Positions 38,586 to 51,186 of a DNA stretch of 64,000 nt are shown piece after piece. The stretch's first letter is position 1. Every line of letters begins with the position of its first letter. Under the pieces are notes generated by a model. It did no database searches, was not told where the DNA came from, and saw nothing but the letters and a program-made list of their open reading frames with translations. The translations under genes were made by a program, and so were the position numbers. This stretch comes from Vicugna vicugna (taxonomy: Eukaryota): the NCBI GenBank assembly GCA_013265495.1, contig MU058636.1, positions 3,521,967 to 3,585,966 of the forward strand, written 5' to 3'.

Positions 38586-39959
38586 GTAAAGTATTAATCT
38601 TAGATGGTACTGAAGTTTTAGCCTTTTGCTTTTTTCTTAAATGTTTAAATTTGTACTCACTTGTATTTTTTAGACTATGTTTTTAATATGTACCTAATGA
38701 GAGTCTCTAGATCTGTCTGGTATGCAATTTTAAATATTTTCTGTTTTTTTTTTTCACCTGATTTCCTGAGTTATTGCATGAAAATATTTGTTTTTATTAT
38801 CATTAGACTTGTGAGAGGAGATAATGTATTTCGAGAATTTTTTTAAACTTTGTTGGATCCTTTTAGCTGTTGGTATGTAGTAGTTACTCTCATCTGGTTG
38901 CTTTATTAGATTTGAAACTTATAAGAAAAGTTATTAATCTCTAAATATTATTTACTTAAGGTAAATCTTTTAGAATTATAGTAATTTATACCTTCTGGTA
39001 CAACTTTTACATAGGAGCTTGTTAAATTGAATAATACTCTACATTTTACTGTACTTGGCAACTTATAAAACTGTTACAGACATGTTTAATTCTCAAAACT
39101 TTGCAAAGTAGATATTCCCCTGTTATGAATAAGAAAATAGATGCAACAGGTTTAGGGAATTGTAACTTTTTTTCCTTTTTTTGAGTATTCCATTATTTAG
39201 TCCTTTATTGGAATTTTTATTTAATTATGTAGTCTTTTAAAAAAACATGAAATTTATAATGAAAGGCTTTTAATCATTAATGTTAACATCATCCAAGAAA
39301 ATACTTATTCTCTTGGTTTTCTTCATTTGTAAAGTGAATGTAAATTATTTTTATAATTTGTCTTTGCACATCCCTTGCAGATAATTATCCAAATATAATG
39401 TGGTGTGTTTTCTTTATTCCTGTCTGTAGGAATGAAAGCAGGAATATGTTTATTTAAACTGTTCATCAAAAGTCAGACAGCATTAGTTTTTTTCAGTGTA
39501 AGGTTTTAAATGCTCTTAGATGGTTGGGCGAGAGTAAAAAATTAGTGCTCTGTATATCATTTTATGACTTTTTTTTTGGACAGGCTAAAAGCTTTCATTT
39601 TAGTTATAAAAATGATACCTTTCTATTGCAAATAAAGTAGAAACCAAAGTCAGATAAGAAGGGTTAAAAATCCAAAAGCATTCATTTATAAAAGGGAAAA
39701 ATCAGGGCTAGAACAAGTTATATTTTAGATTGGCACTATGTTGGGAGCACAGATTATATAAACAAAAGTCACTAAAGACATTTGCAAACAGTTTAGGGGG
39801 AAACCATCCAGGCCACTAAATTTTGCAGCCCCAGGGCCCTTTGTGGTTTATTGTTTTTAATTAATTAGGGGTGCTGGTAGGCATGCACGCCATGATCTTG
39901 ACTCTGCTTGAGCATGGTAATGATTTCTTAAAAATTTTTTTGCTTTTTGAAAAAAATAT

Positions 39960-40460
39960 TTAAATTTTCTAATAAAAAAACAACATAAAATTTGCCATCT
40001 TAACTTTTTAAGTGTACAGTTCAGGATTCTTTGTTATTATTCACATTGTTGTACAACACATCTCTAGAACTTTTTCATCTTGCAAAAATGAAATTCTGTT
40101 CCTCTTGAATAACAACTTCTTCCCCTAGCCTTAGCAACTACCATTCCAGTTTGTCTCTATAAATTTGACTACTCTGGGTACTCCATATAAGTGTAATCAT
40201 GTGGTATTTTTATTCTTGTGATTTTACTTAGCATAATGTCCTCAAGGTTTATCCATATTGTACCATATGACAGGATTTCCTTTTTAAGGCTGAATAATAT
40301 TCCATCATAAATATAAACCACATTTTCTTTATCCATTTGTTTGTGTGTGGACTTTTGGGTTGCTTCCGTGGCTCTTAGCTATTGTGAATAATGCTGCAAT
40401 GAATATGGGTCTTCAGGTATCTCTTTGATGTCTTGGCTTTTAATTTTTTTGGATACATAC
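39960..40460 (-). mobile_element. L1MB-type 3' end
   Basis: aacataaaatttgccatcttaac...aagtgtacagttcag...ttgactactctgggtact...tttttaaggctgaataatattccat. Confidence 0.8.
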
Positions 40461-40719
40461 CTTTTTATAACTCTTTGAATACAAAATTACTGCCATTGAT
40501 TTTAAAGGGTTCTCTGTCTTCTGACATGTGATGATTAAGGAAATAATCTCTATAAAGTTGAGGGTCAGGTTTATTAGTTGATGGTGACTGCACAACTAGT
40601 TGGTAAGAATAGTCAAGAACTTGTCCTATTAAAGAATTTCATGATAAGTGCAGTATTATAAGTATAATGTTCACATGTATTGGAGATGCTATATTTTAAG
40701 TGAGAGGATTTAGTGCATT

Positions 40720-41205
40720 TCAGTTAGTTGTTGTAAATGAACCATCTCAAAATGGTAGTAACTAGAAGAACTTAATGGCTTCACTCATGATTCTGTGGGT
40801 TGACAGGGCAGTTCTTACACTTTACATATTGTTAGCTAGGACAACTGAAATGTCCACATGGCTGAAGTGGGTGCTAGATACCATCTGGAAACTCAACTCA
40901 GTCAGCCAGCCAGGATCTCAGTTCTTTTCCATCAGGGTCACTCCATGAGGCTAATTGGCTCCTCACAGTGTGATGGCTGGGAACTAATAAAGAGTGTTCC
41001 AGAAAGAGGGCTCCAAGAGGACAAGCCTAGTAAACCAGTGCTTATCAGGCATCTATGTGCATCCTGCCTGCGAATGTCCCATCAAAGCTATTCACATGGC
41101 CAGTCCTGGGGCTGTGTGGCTGGGGACTAACTCTAGGAGGGCATGCATACCAGGAGGTACAGTTCTTTAGTTCACTAGAGGCCACCAAGGTACCAGTCTA
41201 CCATA
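40720..41205 (-). mobile_element. MLT1 (J/K-like) LTR
   Basis: ctcatgattctgtgggttgacagggcagttct...cagtgcttatcagg...gggcatgcataccaggagg...ccagtctaccata. Confidence 0.65.
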
Positions 41206-41916
41206 CTTGTACAGAAGGAGGCATATTTTAAATGAGGGCACATAAGTATATAGATTGCTTGCATTTGTCCTGTAAAATATTTTCTAGTTTTCAAACTGAG
41301 GGAAAACATGACTCTTCCAGTGGTTTGTTTACACTTTTGATATTTGGCTGAAATTGTGTTGATGCACAGTGAGATTTGATGAGGTCATTAAAATTCAGCC
41401 AATTTGACTCTTAGACCCAATTTGGATGTAAAATTGATATGCTGATGTGCTCTCAGATTAATACTCAATTTCAAAACTAAGAAACATAGAAATCACTCCA
41501 TGCAACTTTGTTTGAAAATACCTTTCTAGTTTTTAATGCTGTGCAGTGTACCTGTCCCCAAAAGAATAATACTCATCATAAAATGTTGGAATGTTTAATT
41601 TTTCACTCAACATTAGATTTTTTATTAAAGCAAAAAATATATGTTTTCCTCATTAGCTTATCCTAGGATGTCTCAGATTAAACCCTTGATTGTTCAAATT
41701 AACTGGAAAAATTATTCTCTTGGGACCAAATTTTGATTAAATAATTGTTTATCCTTGGTTCCTTCAAATTTATATTAATAATGTAATACACTTTCTTAAG
41801 CCTGTCAAATTAATGCTAAAATTTTGTACGTATTTTTCATGACATAGAAAGGGTGAAGTAAAACTTGAACTTATTTGAAATTTTATAGTTTTTATTATTT
41901 TGTTTTTTACTTCTAG

Positions 41917-42556
41917 TGCATCTATCCCTTGGGCTCTAGATCACTTAATAACTTAATTTCTCCTGATTTGGAAGAATCTCACACTGTAAATAAGCCTCAG
42001 AAGAGGAAGATCTTGGAAACTGACTATGAAGATTCACCTCTTTTAGCAAATTCCAAAAAGACTAAAAATCCTATTGGTATTAATGGTGAACAAGTTTTGA
42101 ACAGTCAGCATAATGGAGAAGGATATGATGGAAACTCATCAGACTTACCTGGTTTGCTACACAGTGGTCAACAGAATCCAGTTAGGACGGCTGATTCCTT
42201 GGAGCAGAATGAGATTTTGGAAGCTGATACTGTTGACATGGCTGCTGAAGAAGATTCTGCTACAGTTAATGTTTCTGATGGGACCTTCCCTCAGAATGAA
42301 GGATGCACATCTGAACTGGAAATGCCATTGGAGAGCAGACGTACCTCATTTTGCCAGACTTCATGTGTCCAGTGGAAAAATACACATGCTCTCTGCTGGT
42401 TAGACTGTATCCTGTCAGCATTGGTGCACTTGGAAGAGCTGAAAACCACTGTAACTGGCCTGTGCTCTGAAGAGGAATCTGTGTTCAGGCAGTTGTTCAC
42501 TAAGTACAATCAAGCCAGTGAGCTGCTGCACACCAATCAGTTGGATGGAGTTAAAG
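41917..42556 (+). CDS. USPL1: USPL1 exon 4, includes catalytic Cys236
   Basis: Acceptor ttctag; 640 nt, CIYPLGSR...QWKNTHALCWLDCILSAL...; Cys codon 42394-42396; donor AAG|GTTAGT, phase 1. Confidence 0.96.
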
Positions 42557-42959
42557 GTTAGTAATAACACTTTATTTCTCTTTAATTTTTAAAAAGGTTA
42601 ATGTTGAGTTTTGTCTGATTGTATGGAAAAGATACCATCAGTAGCCTCTGTTTTATGTAGACCTGGGAGCAAGGAGCCCAGGGACAGCGTCTTAAAGCCT
42701 GAGATAATACCAGTTGTGTTATCATGACTGCCCCAAAGGCAGTTTTTTCCCAAAAATTAAGAGTAAAGGATAAAAAGGCTGTGGCTGTAGTTAGCTGTCA
42801 GGGTGACAGTGGTCAACATAGAGTCTATCAAAGTAAAATTTTAAGTTTTTGAATTGCTATGAGGCAGAATAAAGAAGTAAATACAAATCACCCATAATCC
42901 CACAGCTCCTCAAAAATCTCTCTTCACAATGAAGGGTGTATTTTATATTTTTATTTTGT

Positions 42960-44330
42960 TTTTTTATAAAATAGGATACCCATGAACCCACCTCCATCCC
43001 AAGATAAAATATTTCCAATGACTTATGTCTACCTATGTGTTCCTCCCCATCCCATCCTCCATCTCCCATAAAGATAATCATTATCCTGAGGTGTGCTTTA
43101 TCATTACTTCTTTTTGTTAATAGTTTTTCCTACATATGTATGGCTAAGGAATATATTGCCTAATTTAGTTTGTTTTGAACTTTATGAAGAGGACGTTATC
43201 TCTTCATAAAAGAGAGTATCTGGGGACTTTTTTTCCCCCCTTTTTATAAAGATTTATGAAGCTCTTGTATTTGTGGTTCATTGATTTTCATTGCTATATA
43301 ATATTTCCAGTTTGTAAATTTATCAGTGTATTTATTCATTCATCTGTCATTGGGTTGTTTTTTGCTATTGTAAATACTGCTGCTGTCACTGTTCTTGGCA
43401 AATCTCCTGGGGCATAAGGGTCTCCCTTGGATATACCATAGCATTGGAATTGCCAAGTCATAGACTGAGTTCAGATTTACCAGATAATGGCTTATTGTTT
43501 TCCAAAGTGGTTGTGCCAGTCAATACTCCCATTAGCAATGCAGAAGAGATCTTCCTAATACATATATCCTCCCTTGGTTATTTTCACACTTGGAGATTTT
43601 TGCTGTTTGAGTGATATAAAATGGTCTGTGGTCTTGATTTGCCTTTCCCAGATTTTAAAGAGATGGAACAGCTCTTCATATGTAGGTTGACCCTCTGTTC
43701 CTTCTGTGAAGTGCCTGTTTGTGTCTTACCCTGTTTTTTTTATTGTCATGTTTATTGATTTGTATGAGTTTCTATGTGTCCTTTTGTTATGTTTATGTTA
43801 GGTTGCTAAATCTCCCAATTTGTATCTTGTGTTTTTACCTTTTGATGTGTACAAATTGTTAATTTTTCCTTTTGTAACTAGTAATGTTTGTGACTGTAAA
43901 AAGAAATGTTTCCTTTCTCCAAGATCACAAAGTCATTCACCTATATTTTCACTGAGAAGTCAGAGTTTTTTGCTTTTGGCCCGGGGTGGGGTGGGGTGGA
44001 TAGTAATTTGGTTGATTTGTTTGTTTGTTTAATGGAAGTACTGGGGATTGTACCAAGGACCTCATGCATGCTAAGCACTCTCCCACTGAGCTATACTCTC
44101 CCTCTGAGTTTTGCTTTTTACATTGAAATTCTTAGTTCATCTGGAGGTAATTTTTGTGTATGGTGTGTGATGAGGGTTCATTTCTTCCCACTGCATAGCT
44201 AGTTTTTCTAGCTCCCATTTTCTTCTCAATTGATCTGCCATGCCACTTTTGTCATATAACATTCTGCATATGTGTGCAGCTGTTCCTTTTATTATGACTT
44301 CTTAGGTCTTGCTATCCAGTAGTATAAGAA
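42960..44330 (-). mobile_element. Old L1 (L1ME-type) remnant with an inserted SINE
   Basis: ttttgaactttat...ttcattgattttcattgctatataatatttcc...ttttccaaagtggttgtgccag...catctggaggtaatttttgtgtatggtgtg. Confidence 0.7.
43978..44102 (-). mobile_element. Vic-1-like SINE
   Basis: gtactggggattgtaccaaggacctcatgcatgctaagcactctcccactgagctatactctccc; TSD-like tcagagttttttgctttt / tctgagttttgctttt. Confidence 0.82.
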
Positions 44331-44367
44331 TATTTGTCTTCATTTAACTTGACTTTGGTCATGCAGT

Positions 44368-44421
44368 CTTTTTCTGTTTGTTTTGTTTTAATGAAAGTGC
44401 TGGGGATTGAACCCAGGACCT
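44368..44421 (-). mobile_element. 5'-truncated Vic-1-like SINE
   Basis: ttttgttttaatgaaagtgctggggattgaacccaggacc (B box and tail only). Confidence 0.65.
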
Positions 44422-46055
44422 GTACATTGTTTCCTTATTTTTAACCATTCAGGCTACTTACCATTTATCTTTTTTTTCTTTTATGTGTAAATACCATGAC
44501 AAATATCCATGTATCCTTTGAATCCATTGCTGATTATACCCTAGAAGGGATGTTAAAATTATAGTCTTTTTGAATGACTTTCTGGAAGGGTTATACCAAC
44601 ATAATAACTCCATTTTCATATGTAGAAATAAACATTCTAGGGCGTTCCGGTCACCTTTGGATAGAAACATTTAAAAAGTTGTAATTTTGTTAGATAAGAA
44701 ATATTTTGTTCCAGTTTGAGTTTGTTTGAGATTGAATTTTTTTTTGCAGTTTTGAAAATTCAGTTTCTCGCATTTTTGCTTTTGACTTTTCTTCTCTTTA
44801 TTTCTGTTTTCTGTAACTACAGGAGCCACAATACTGAGTAGGTGACAGTTATTTGTTGTAGAAGAACATATTTCATTCAAATTTTGGCTTGAATAGTGAA
44901 TTAATTTTAATTTTGTACTTTAATATTACATTAGTTTTTTGCAGGATAATTGTAGTTTTTATAATATAGTTATAATTGCATTTGTTTGAACGGCATTACT
45001 TTGAATTGTAAGTTTTCTCTCTTTTGGTGTGGTCAAATAACAGAAATTCTGGTTAATGTTTACTTCATATTACAGCAGACTCCAGATGTTTTCATAGTGA
45101 AACATACAAGCAGAGTGTGGTCAGGCTGTATGAATTATTTGTAAGAGATTTGAGTGAAAAGATCTGTTTGTGCTTAAGAGTATCTGGAGTCAGATGTGTA
45201 TGGAGGCTTTTATTCAAAATAATCTTCTTACTAATTTGGGTAGTTTTCTGTCACAATAATTCCATTTTGAGGACTTTTACCCTAAGGAAATGATCAAAAA
45301 CATGGACAGGTATGTATGTGCTCAAAGGTGTTTATCATAATAGTATTTGTAATAGAGAAGAAAGAAACAAACGTCCAGCAATAGGGAATGGTTCATAAAA
45401 CTATGGTTCAGTTGGAGTGTAGTAACTAACCTGCAGAGTTTTTATTGAAGCAAATTTATGTGAAAAAAACAGAATGTGGACTCATACAAAATGCAATGAT
45501 GTCATTGCAGACCCCTTCACCGCCCCCCCCCCAAAAAAAAGACATAGAGGAGGAAAACACACTAAATGTTAATTTAGGAAATAATCATAACTTTATTAAG
45601 ACTCTTTATAAATTTATCTGCTCCTATGATCTAGTTAAGTTCAATAAAAATTATACAAAGAGGACTAAGTGAATAGATGGCTCTAGCGTAAGTAATATTT
45701 GCTTGTAAAGAAACAGCTTCAGCTGTTTCGGGGATAGGCAGAATACCTGATAGCTTAGCTCTTTAGCTGACCTTGATTGTTTGGATGAGAAGGGCTTTCA
45801 CTGATGTTTTACTCGGGCAGAATGATGTTGACCCAAGCAGTCAGTACTAATGCTATTGTGCTGTGAATAGATATTGAGGGAATATATGGTACACCACAGA
45901 GAGAGGAGGACAAAATTAAGAAATTCTGTGTTTTCCATTTTGTCTCTGCAAAATTTGTTGACTCTGACAAACTTTCATTTTTGGTAATGTCTTAATTGTC
46001 TGTGGAAAGATACAGGTTGATGAGAAATTGAAAATGTTCTATATTTTATCATTAG

Positions 46056-46169
46056 ATGGAGATTGTAAAAAACTTACTTCCAAAATATTTACACAAATAG
46101 AGACCTACCTGAATGAAGTCAGAGATGAAATTTTTATTAAGCTTCAGCCTCAGCTTCGATGCACATTAG
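46056..46169 (+). CDS. USPL1: USPL1 exon 5
   Basis: Acceptor attag; 114 nt, (D)GDCKKLTSKIFTQIETYLNEVRDEIFIKLQPQLRCTL(G); donor TAG|GTAAGT. Confidence 0.94.
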
Positions 46170-46448
46170 GTAAGTAATTTGTGGACTTTAACTATTATTC
46201 TTCTACCATAAAGACATACTTTCATCATAAGGAAATATAATACTGTTTTATTACTTAGGATGGTCAGATTCTTAGAAGAGAGAATCTGGGTAGACTCATT
46301 TAGGAATCTCACTGGTTAAATCATTCGTGGACAGAGCTGTTCTATATAAACATGCAGGCATATGTTCCTCCCCTTCAGGGTGGATGCAGTTCCCAGAACC
46401 AGGTAAATACGTGGTACACCATTGGCTGCTTTCTCCAGTAGACTAATC

Positions 46449-46615
46449 CAGTGTTTTCAGCCTTGACTGTGTATTTAAAAAGTGCCTAGGAAATTTAAAA
46501 CTAAATGCTAGTGTTAGGGCCCATTAAATGAGTCTCAGGGATGGAGTTGAACTGTCAGGAATTTTTAGAAGTCCCCATGTGACTCTTGTGGGCAGACAGG
46601 CTTGAGAATCTCTGG
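46449..46615. mobile_element. MER5-type hAT transposon
   Basis: cagtgttttcagccttgactgtgtatt...tttttagaagtccccatgtgactct...ggcttgagaatctctg. Confidence 0.65.
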
Positions 46616-48299
46616 TCTAAAGCAACCATAATAATTCTATTTCCCCCACCAGTGATTGGTTTAGGAGTGGGCATATGGTGCAATTTTAGCCAATGGAACA
46701 TGAGGAGAAATACACTGCTGACCTTTTGGGGACGTTTTCTTGCCTTTAAAAAGGGCACCCGAGTGAGACCTGCTCTGCCCTCTGTGACTGGGCTTTGGCC
46801 CTGGGAGCAGGGCTGGGGCACCAGGGTCTCTACATCTTTATACATTTTTTCCGTATTACCAAAAAGGAGCTGGTAGTGATTTTTTTATTTTTTGAGGGCC
46901 ATCTTTTTGTTTTATTTCTCTTTTATCTTTGTACTAACTCTTCTATTAATGTTGTGGTGGTAGAATACATGATAACCCTATTTGTATAATATCCATATTT
47001 AATTACGTAAAATTTCAATACCTTCAAGTTTTTCTCTCAATAAGCAGCATTTATTTCATCAGACCCAGATGGTGTATCTAGAAGTCATGTCTTTTTTGCA
47101 TGGTAGTATCTCCTATTTCTTTGTCTCACAGTTCTGTCCCCTGGTTTTACTGTTTTGTTTTTCATGAACTCCTACGTATAGATGTTTACCTTGTTGTAAT
47201 AATAAACTGATTTTCCATACGCCAGATCTTTGGCATTGCTGCCTCCTACGACTAGAGGGCTATTCTAATTTGTTATCAGGTGGGATCTCAAATGGAATGA
47301 ATATTCTTTTTCTCTTTTTATTAAAGTGTGATTTACATATAGTATAATTTACATATAACGTGTACAGTTGTGTTACCATTACCACAATCAAGATATAGAG
47401 CAGTTCTATCACCATGAAAATGTTCTCCAGGCTCCTTTGTAATCAGCCCCTCTCCTAACCCACAACCACTGATCTGATGGTTGGATACTCGTTTCAAAGG
47501 AGCCTTTTCCATAAGATCACCAGAGTGTAGACTGAGGGGCTCCCATGTTGCATTTTGCAGGTGTCATTTTCCCTCCTAGAGTGACCTGAGATGTTTTATT
47601 CAGGTTCCCTACTCCAGTTCCTAACTTAATTAAAGATTGGTTTCTTCCCAGTCTGATTCATCACTCTTCTTATCCTTGTGAGTTATGCTTGGAACAGGGT
47701 TGCATCTTTCCCCATTGCCACCTTCGCTGGTTTTCTGTGTAACAGAGAAGGGATTTTAAAATTTTGTGCACTCACAGCAATCGAGCAAGCATACAGCTCT
47801 TCCAATACAGTAGAATCCTCTTGCGTTTGTACTACCCAGTCAGCAGTGAGAGGTGCCACAAAGAGCTTAGCATCTTACTAATGAAATCTAATCTTTGCTT
47901 CAGGGAGCACTTTTAAAGTCTTAAAAATGTATGTGTCCTCGTTCAGAATATTAACGTATATTTTAAAATACTAAAGAAAGAGAAGTGGAACTGTATTGAC
48001 ACAGAATCAGCCAGGCACTTTATCATTTTGATGATTGTTTTTGAAAAACACACTATAAACTATCCTCTCTGCTCTCCCGCAGTGTAAGAAATATAACATT
48101 ACAAATACAACTGAAGCCCTTTATGTACTCTTCCCCAATTCTCCCTTACCTCCCCACAAAGGTAACTACTATCTTCAGTTTGGTGTTTTCTTTCCCTCTA
48201 ATCTGTATATTTCTTTTTTTTTTAAGGAAAAAGCTAATATTGTTATGATTTCTACTTGTTTATGTAATTTTAAAGCGTAATTTAGTGTTGGGGTGTTGT

Positions 48300-48840
48300 G
48301 TACCCGTGTAAGGATAAACAGACCAGTAGAACAGAATAGAGAGTCCAGATCAGGATCCTCCCCATTTGGTTACATCACAGCTGCTTGAGGTAGTGATGCA
48401 GATAATGGGGGAAAGAAAAGGCTATCTAGCTCAGATGGTGCTTGGTACAGTCAGTTCCTGAAATAGTTCCGTCCTTCACACCGTAATCAGAAAGAAACCT
48501 CAGCACATTTTAAGACCTAAATATGGAAAGAAGAGTTGTAAAACTTTGGAAGAAAATATAGGTGAATATTTAAACATTCAATGGAGAAGAATTTCTTAAA
48601 TAAGATAGATAAGAGATTGGTAAATATGATTACACAAAAGTTTAAAACCTCTGGGCAAAGATAAAACAAAGAAATAATATCTAGGGTATCTTATTAAAGA
48701 ACTCTAGTCCATCAGTTCCAAAAGAAAAAGACAAAAACTGATAGAAAAGTGGCCGGAAGACATTGATAAGCAGTTACTGGAAGAGAAAACTTGAATGGCT
48801 AGATAGCAGAGAGTCACTGAAAGGTTTGCATCATGGTAAA
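48300..48840 (+). mobile_element. Degenerate L1 ORF2 fragment
   Basis: agaccagtagaacagaatagagagtccaga...aagacctaaat...aaactttggaagaaaatataggtgaatatt; no open frame. Confidence 0.7.
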
Positions 48841-48851
48841 TGTACTAGGTA

Positions 48852-49314
48852 CAGATGATCCCTAAGTTGCAATGGTCCAGCTTTCGATTTTTTGAGTTTA
48901 CAGTGGTGTGAAAGGCATTCAGCAGAAGCTGCGCTTGGAATTTTGGATTTGACTTTTGCTGGGCTAGTGATAAGCCGCTCGGTACTCACTTGTGATGCTG
49001 GGCAGCCGCAGCTGCCAGGCAGCCCTGTGGTCACGAGGGTGAGCGGTGGGCACCCTTACACGTTCCTGACCCAGGCCACCATTCTGTTTTCCACTTTCAG
49101 TATAGTATTCAATAAATTATATGAGGTATTCAACACAAATAGGCATTGTATTAGTTGATTTTTGCCCAGCTGTTGACTAATGTAGGTGTTCTGAGCACGT
49201 TGAAGGTAGGCTGGGCTAAGCTGTGATGTTTGGTAGGTTTAGGGGTATTAAATGCATTTTCAACTTAACAATATATTCAACTCATGGTATAAAGATTTAT
49301 TGGGATATAACCCT
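48852..49314 (-). mobile_element. Tigger5/MER47-family Tc1-mariner transposon
   Basis: TA then cagatg end; ccattctgttttccactttcagtatagtattcaataaatta...gtgttctgagcacgttgaaggtaggctgggctaagct...tattaaatgcattttcaactta. Confidence 0.85.
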
Positions 49315-49596
49315 AGGAGCTGGGGTTAAGTTACTAGAGGCAAAGAAACAACTAATTTAGGCAGGAGGTTATGAAAATTAGAATTAGACATTGGTATTAT
49401 ATGTGCTCTAGTAGGGTGCTTTATACCCATAAAACTTACACTCAAAGGAGAAATAATTAAGGTCAGTTTGGGAGCTATATAAATTACCTAATATGATCTG
49501 TAATCATGTAACTTATTTAACTGTGTTTTGAGCTCTCTCATGACATTTTGATTCATAGACAACTTATGTATTTTTAGACCTAAAGATTCTATGTTG

Positions 49597-49829
49597 ACAG
49601 ACTGGGATTTCAAAATTTGTAGACACTGACAGGCATATGCAGAATAGATAAACAAGATTATACTGTATAGCACAGGGAGATATATACAAGATCTTCTGGT
49701 GGCTCACAGTGAAAAAAAGACTGTGACAGTGAATATATGTATGTTCATGTATAACTGAAAAATTGTGCTCTACACTGGAATTTGACACAACATTGTAAAA
49801 TGACTATAACTCAATAAAAGTATTAAAAA
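49597..49829 (+). mobile_element. Young 5'-truncated L1 (camelid-type 3' end) with perfect 15-bp TSD
   Basis: aaagattctatgttg at 49582-49596 and 49830-49844; L1 3' text tactgtatagcacaggga...cacaacattgtaaaatgactataactcaataaaa. Confidence 0.9.
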
Positions 49830-51056
49830 AAGATTCTATGTTGTCATTATGAAGTATAAATTATTTGCTTTTTCACTTAATATTTACTTACAATAGAGTA
49901 AGCATTTAAAGGCTGATAACTAATTACACACTCATGCTATACTGCACACTTTATGCATATGGTATTGCATATGTTCATTTTTAGGAGACTGATTTCTATT
50001 TATAAAAAATATTTTGTTTTGACTCTGTTTTTGTACAAAAATAGTAGCAGGACTATACCACAGAGATGACTATTAAAATAGCCTTTGTGACCACTGGTAT
50101 TTATAGAGTATGCTTGGGTAATAAGACCCACTGTTCTGCCTTTTGGTCCTGCCAAGGTGACTCCTCCTGGTGGCATTCCAGGCAGCTGTAGTTCCAGGCC
50201 AGGGGGAGAACTGAACCGTGGATGTGAGACTGTCCCAGGGGAGGGAAGGGGTGGAAGTACTCAGACTCTCTCTAGAGCCAAATCAGTAAGGCTGCATCTA
50301 ACCTTGCTGGAGGATAGGAAGGAAGGAAACCAATTGGAGGATGAATGCAAGAGGAGAAAATAAATCCTCCTACTGACTTGCTTGCTGGTCTCAACACTGA
50401 AAGACAGAATTCACAGTTTGGTTTTTGTTTTAATGACAACAAAATTCAGATCTTCTTTAGCTTTAAAGTTGTTGAAGTTTAATTTTAATTGTTGAACGAT
50501 GAAGAAGAATGGTAGCTGAGGAGTCAGGAGGCTTGAGTCTAGTCCTTTAACCCTCATGTGTCTTTGTCATGCCCTCTCCACATGTAGAACAAGAGAGTTG
50601 GAATAGAGATGGCTTCTTAATGGTTTTGTCCAACTCTGAAATTATTAGTCTACAGTGTTTCACCAGTTATATTATTTTTAGTATTTGTGCCAAACAAATC
50701 TGTACATATTTTTGTTCTGTTCTATACTCTAGGGCTATTACAGTTCTGAGGATTTTTTTTCCTGAAGAAAAGCTAAAAAGATCTGAGGAGATCTTAGGGG
50801 TCTTCAGAAGTTTTCATAGATGTCCACCAAGACAAATGAAAGACACTGAGTGTTAAATAAATCTTTATGATGGACATTTTTAAAAAAATGCTTTGAAAAC
50901 TTACCTTACCCAATTGTAAATAACTTACTTTATCATACATACATTATATGCGTATATTCATACTGTGAATATAGTGAGAAAAGAAAACAGTTCATAAGTT
51001 CAGTTTACTTTTTTTCAGTTAATTATGAGCAATAATTTTTCTTTCTCTTCTTCAAG

Positions 51057-51186
51057 GTGATATGGAAAGCCCAGTGTTTGCATTTCCTCTGCTCTTAAAA
51101 ACAGAACCGCATGTTGAAAAGCTCTTCACATACACTTTTTCTTGGAATTTTGAATGCTCACAATGTGGACACAAGTATCAAAACAG
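51057..51186 (+). CDS. USPL1: USPL1 exon 6 (CSQC, zinc-site half)
   Basis: Long pyrimidine tract with AAG acceptor; 130 nt, DMESPVFAFPLLLKTEPHVEKLFTYTFSWNFECSQCGHKYQN; donor CAG|GTTAGT. Confidence 0.94.

Noticed and set aside
44503..44520. Tandem U12-type donor-like motifs (atatccat gtatcctttg) resembling a U11-binding splicing enhancer
   Set aside because: It lies in decayed L1-like sequence far from any exon, and the first motif is imperfect.
50160..50210. CTCF- and ZNF143-like motifs in intron 5
   Set aside because: Mismatches at core positions; not supportable without ChIP data.
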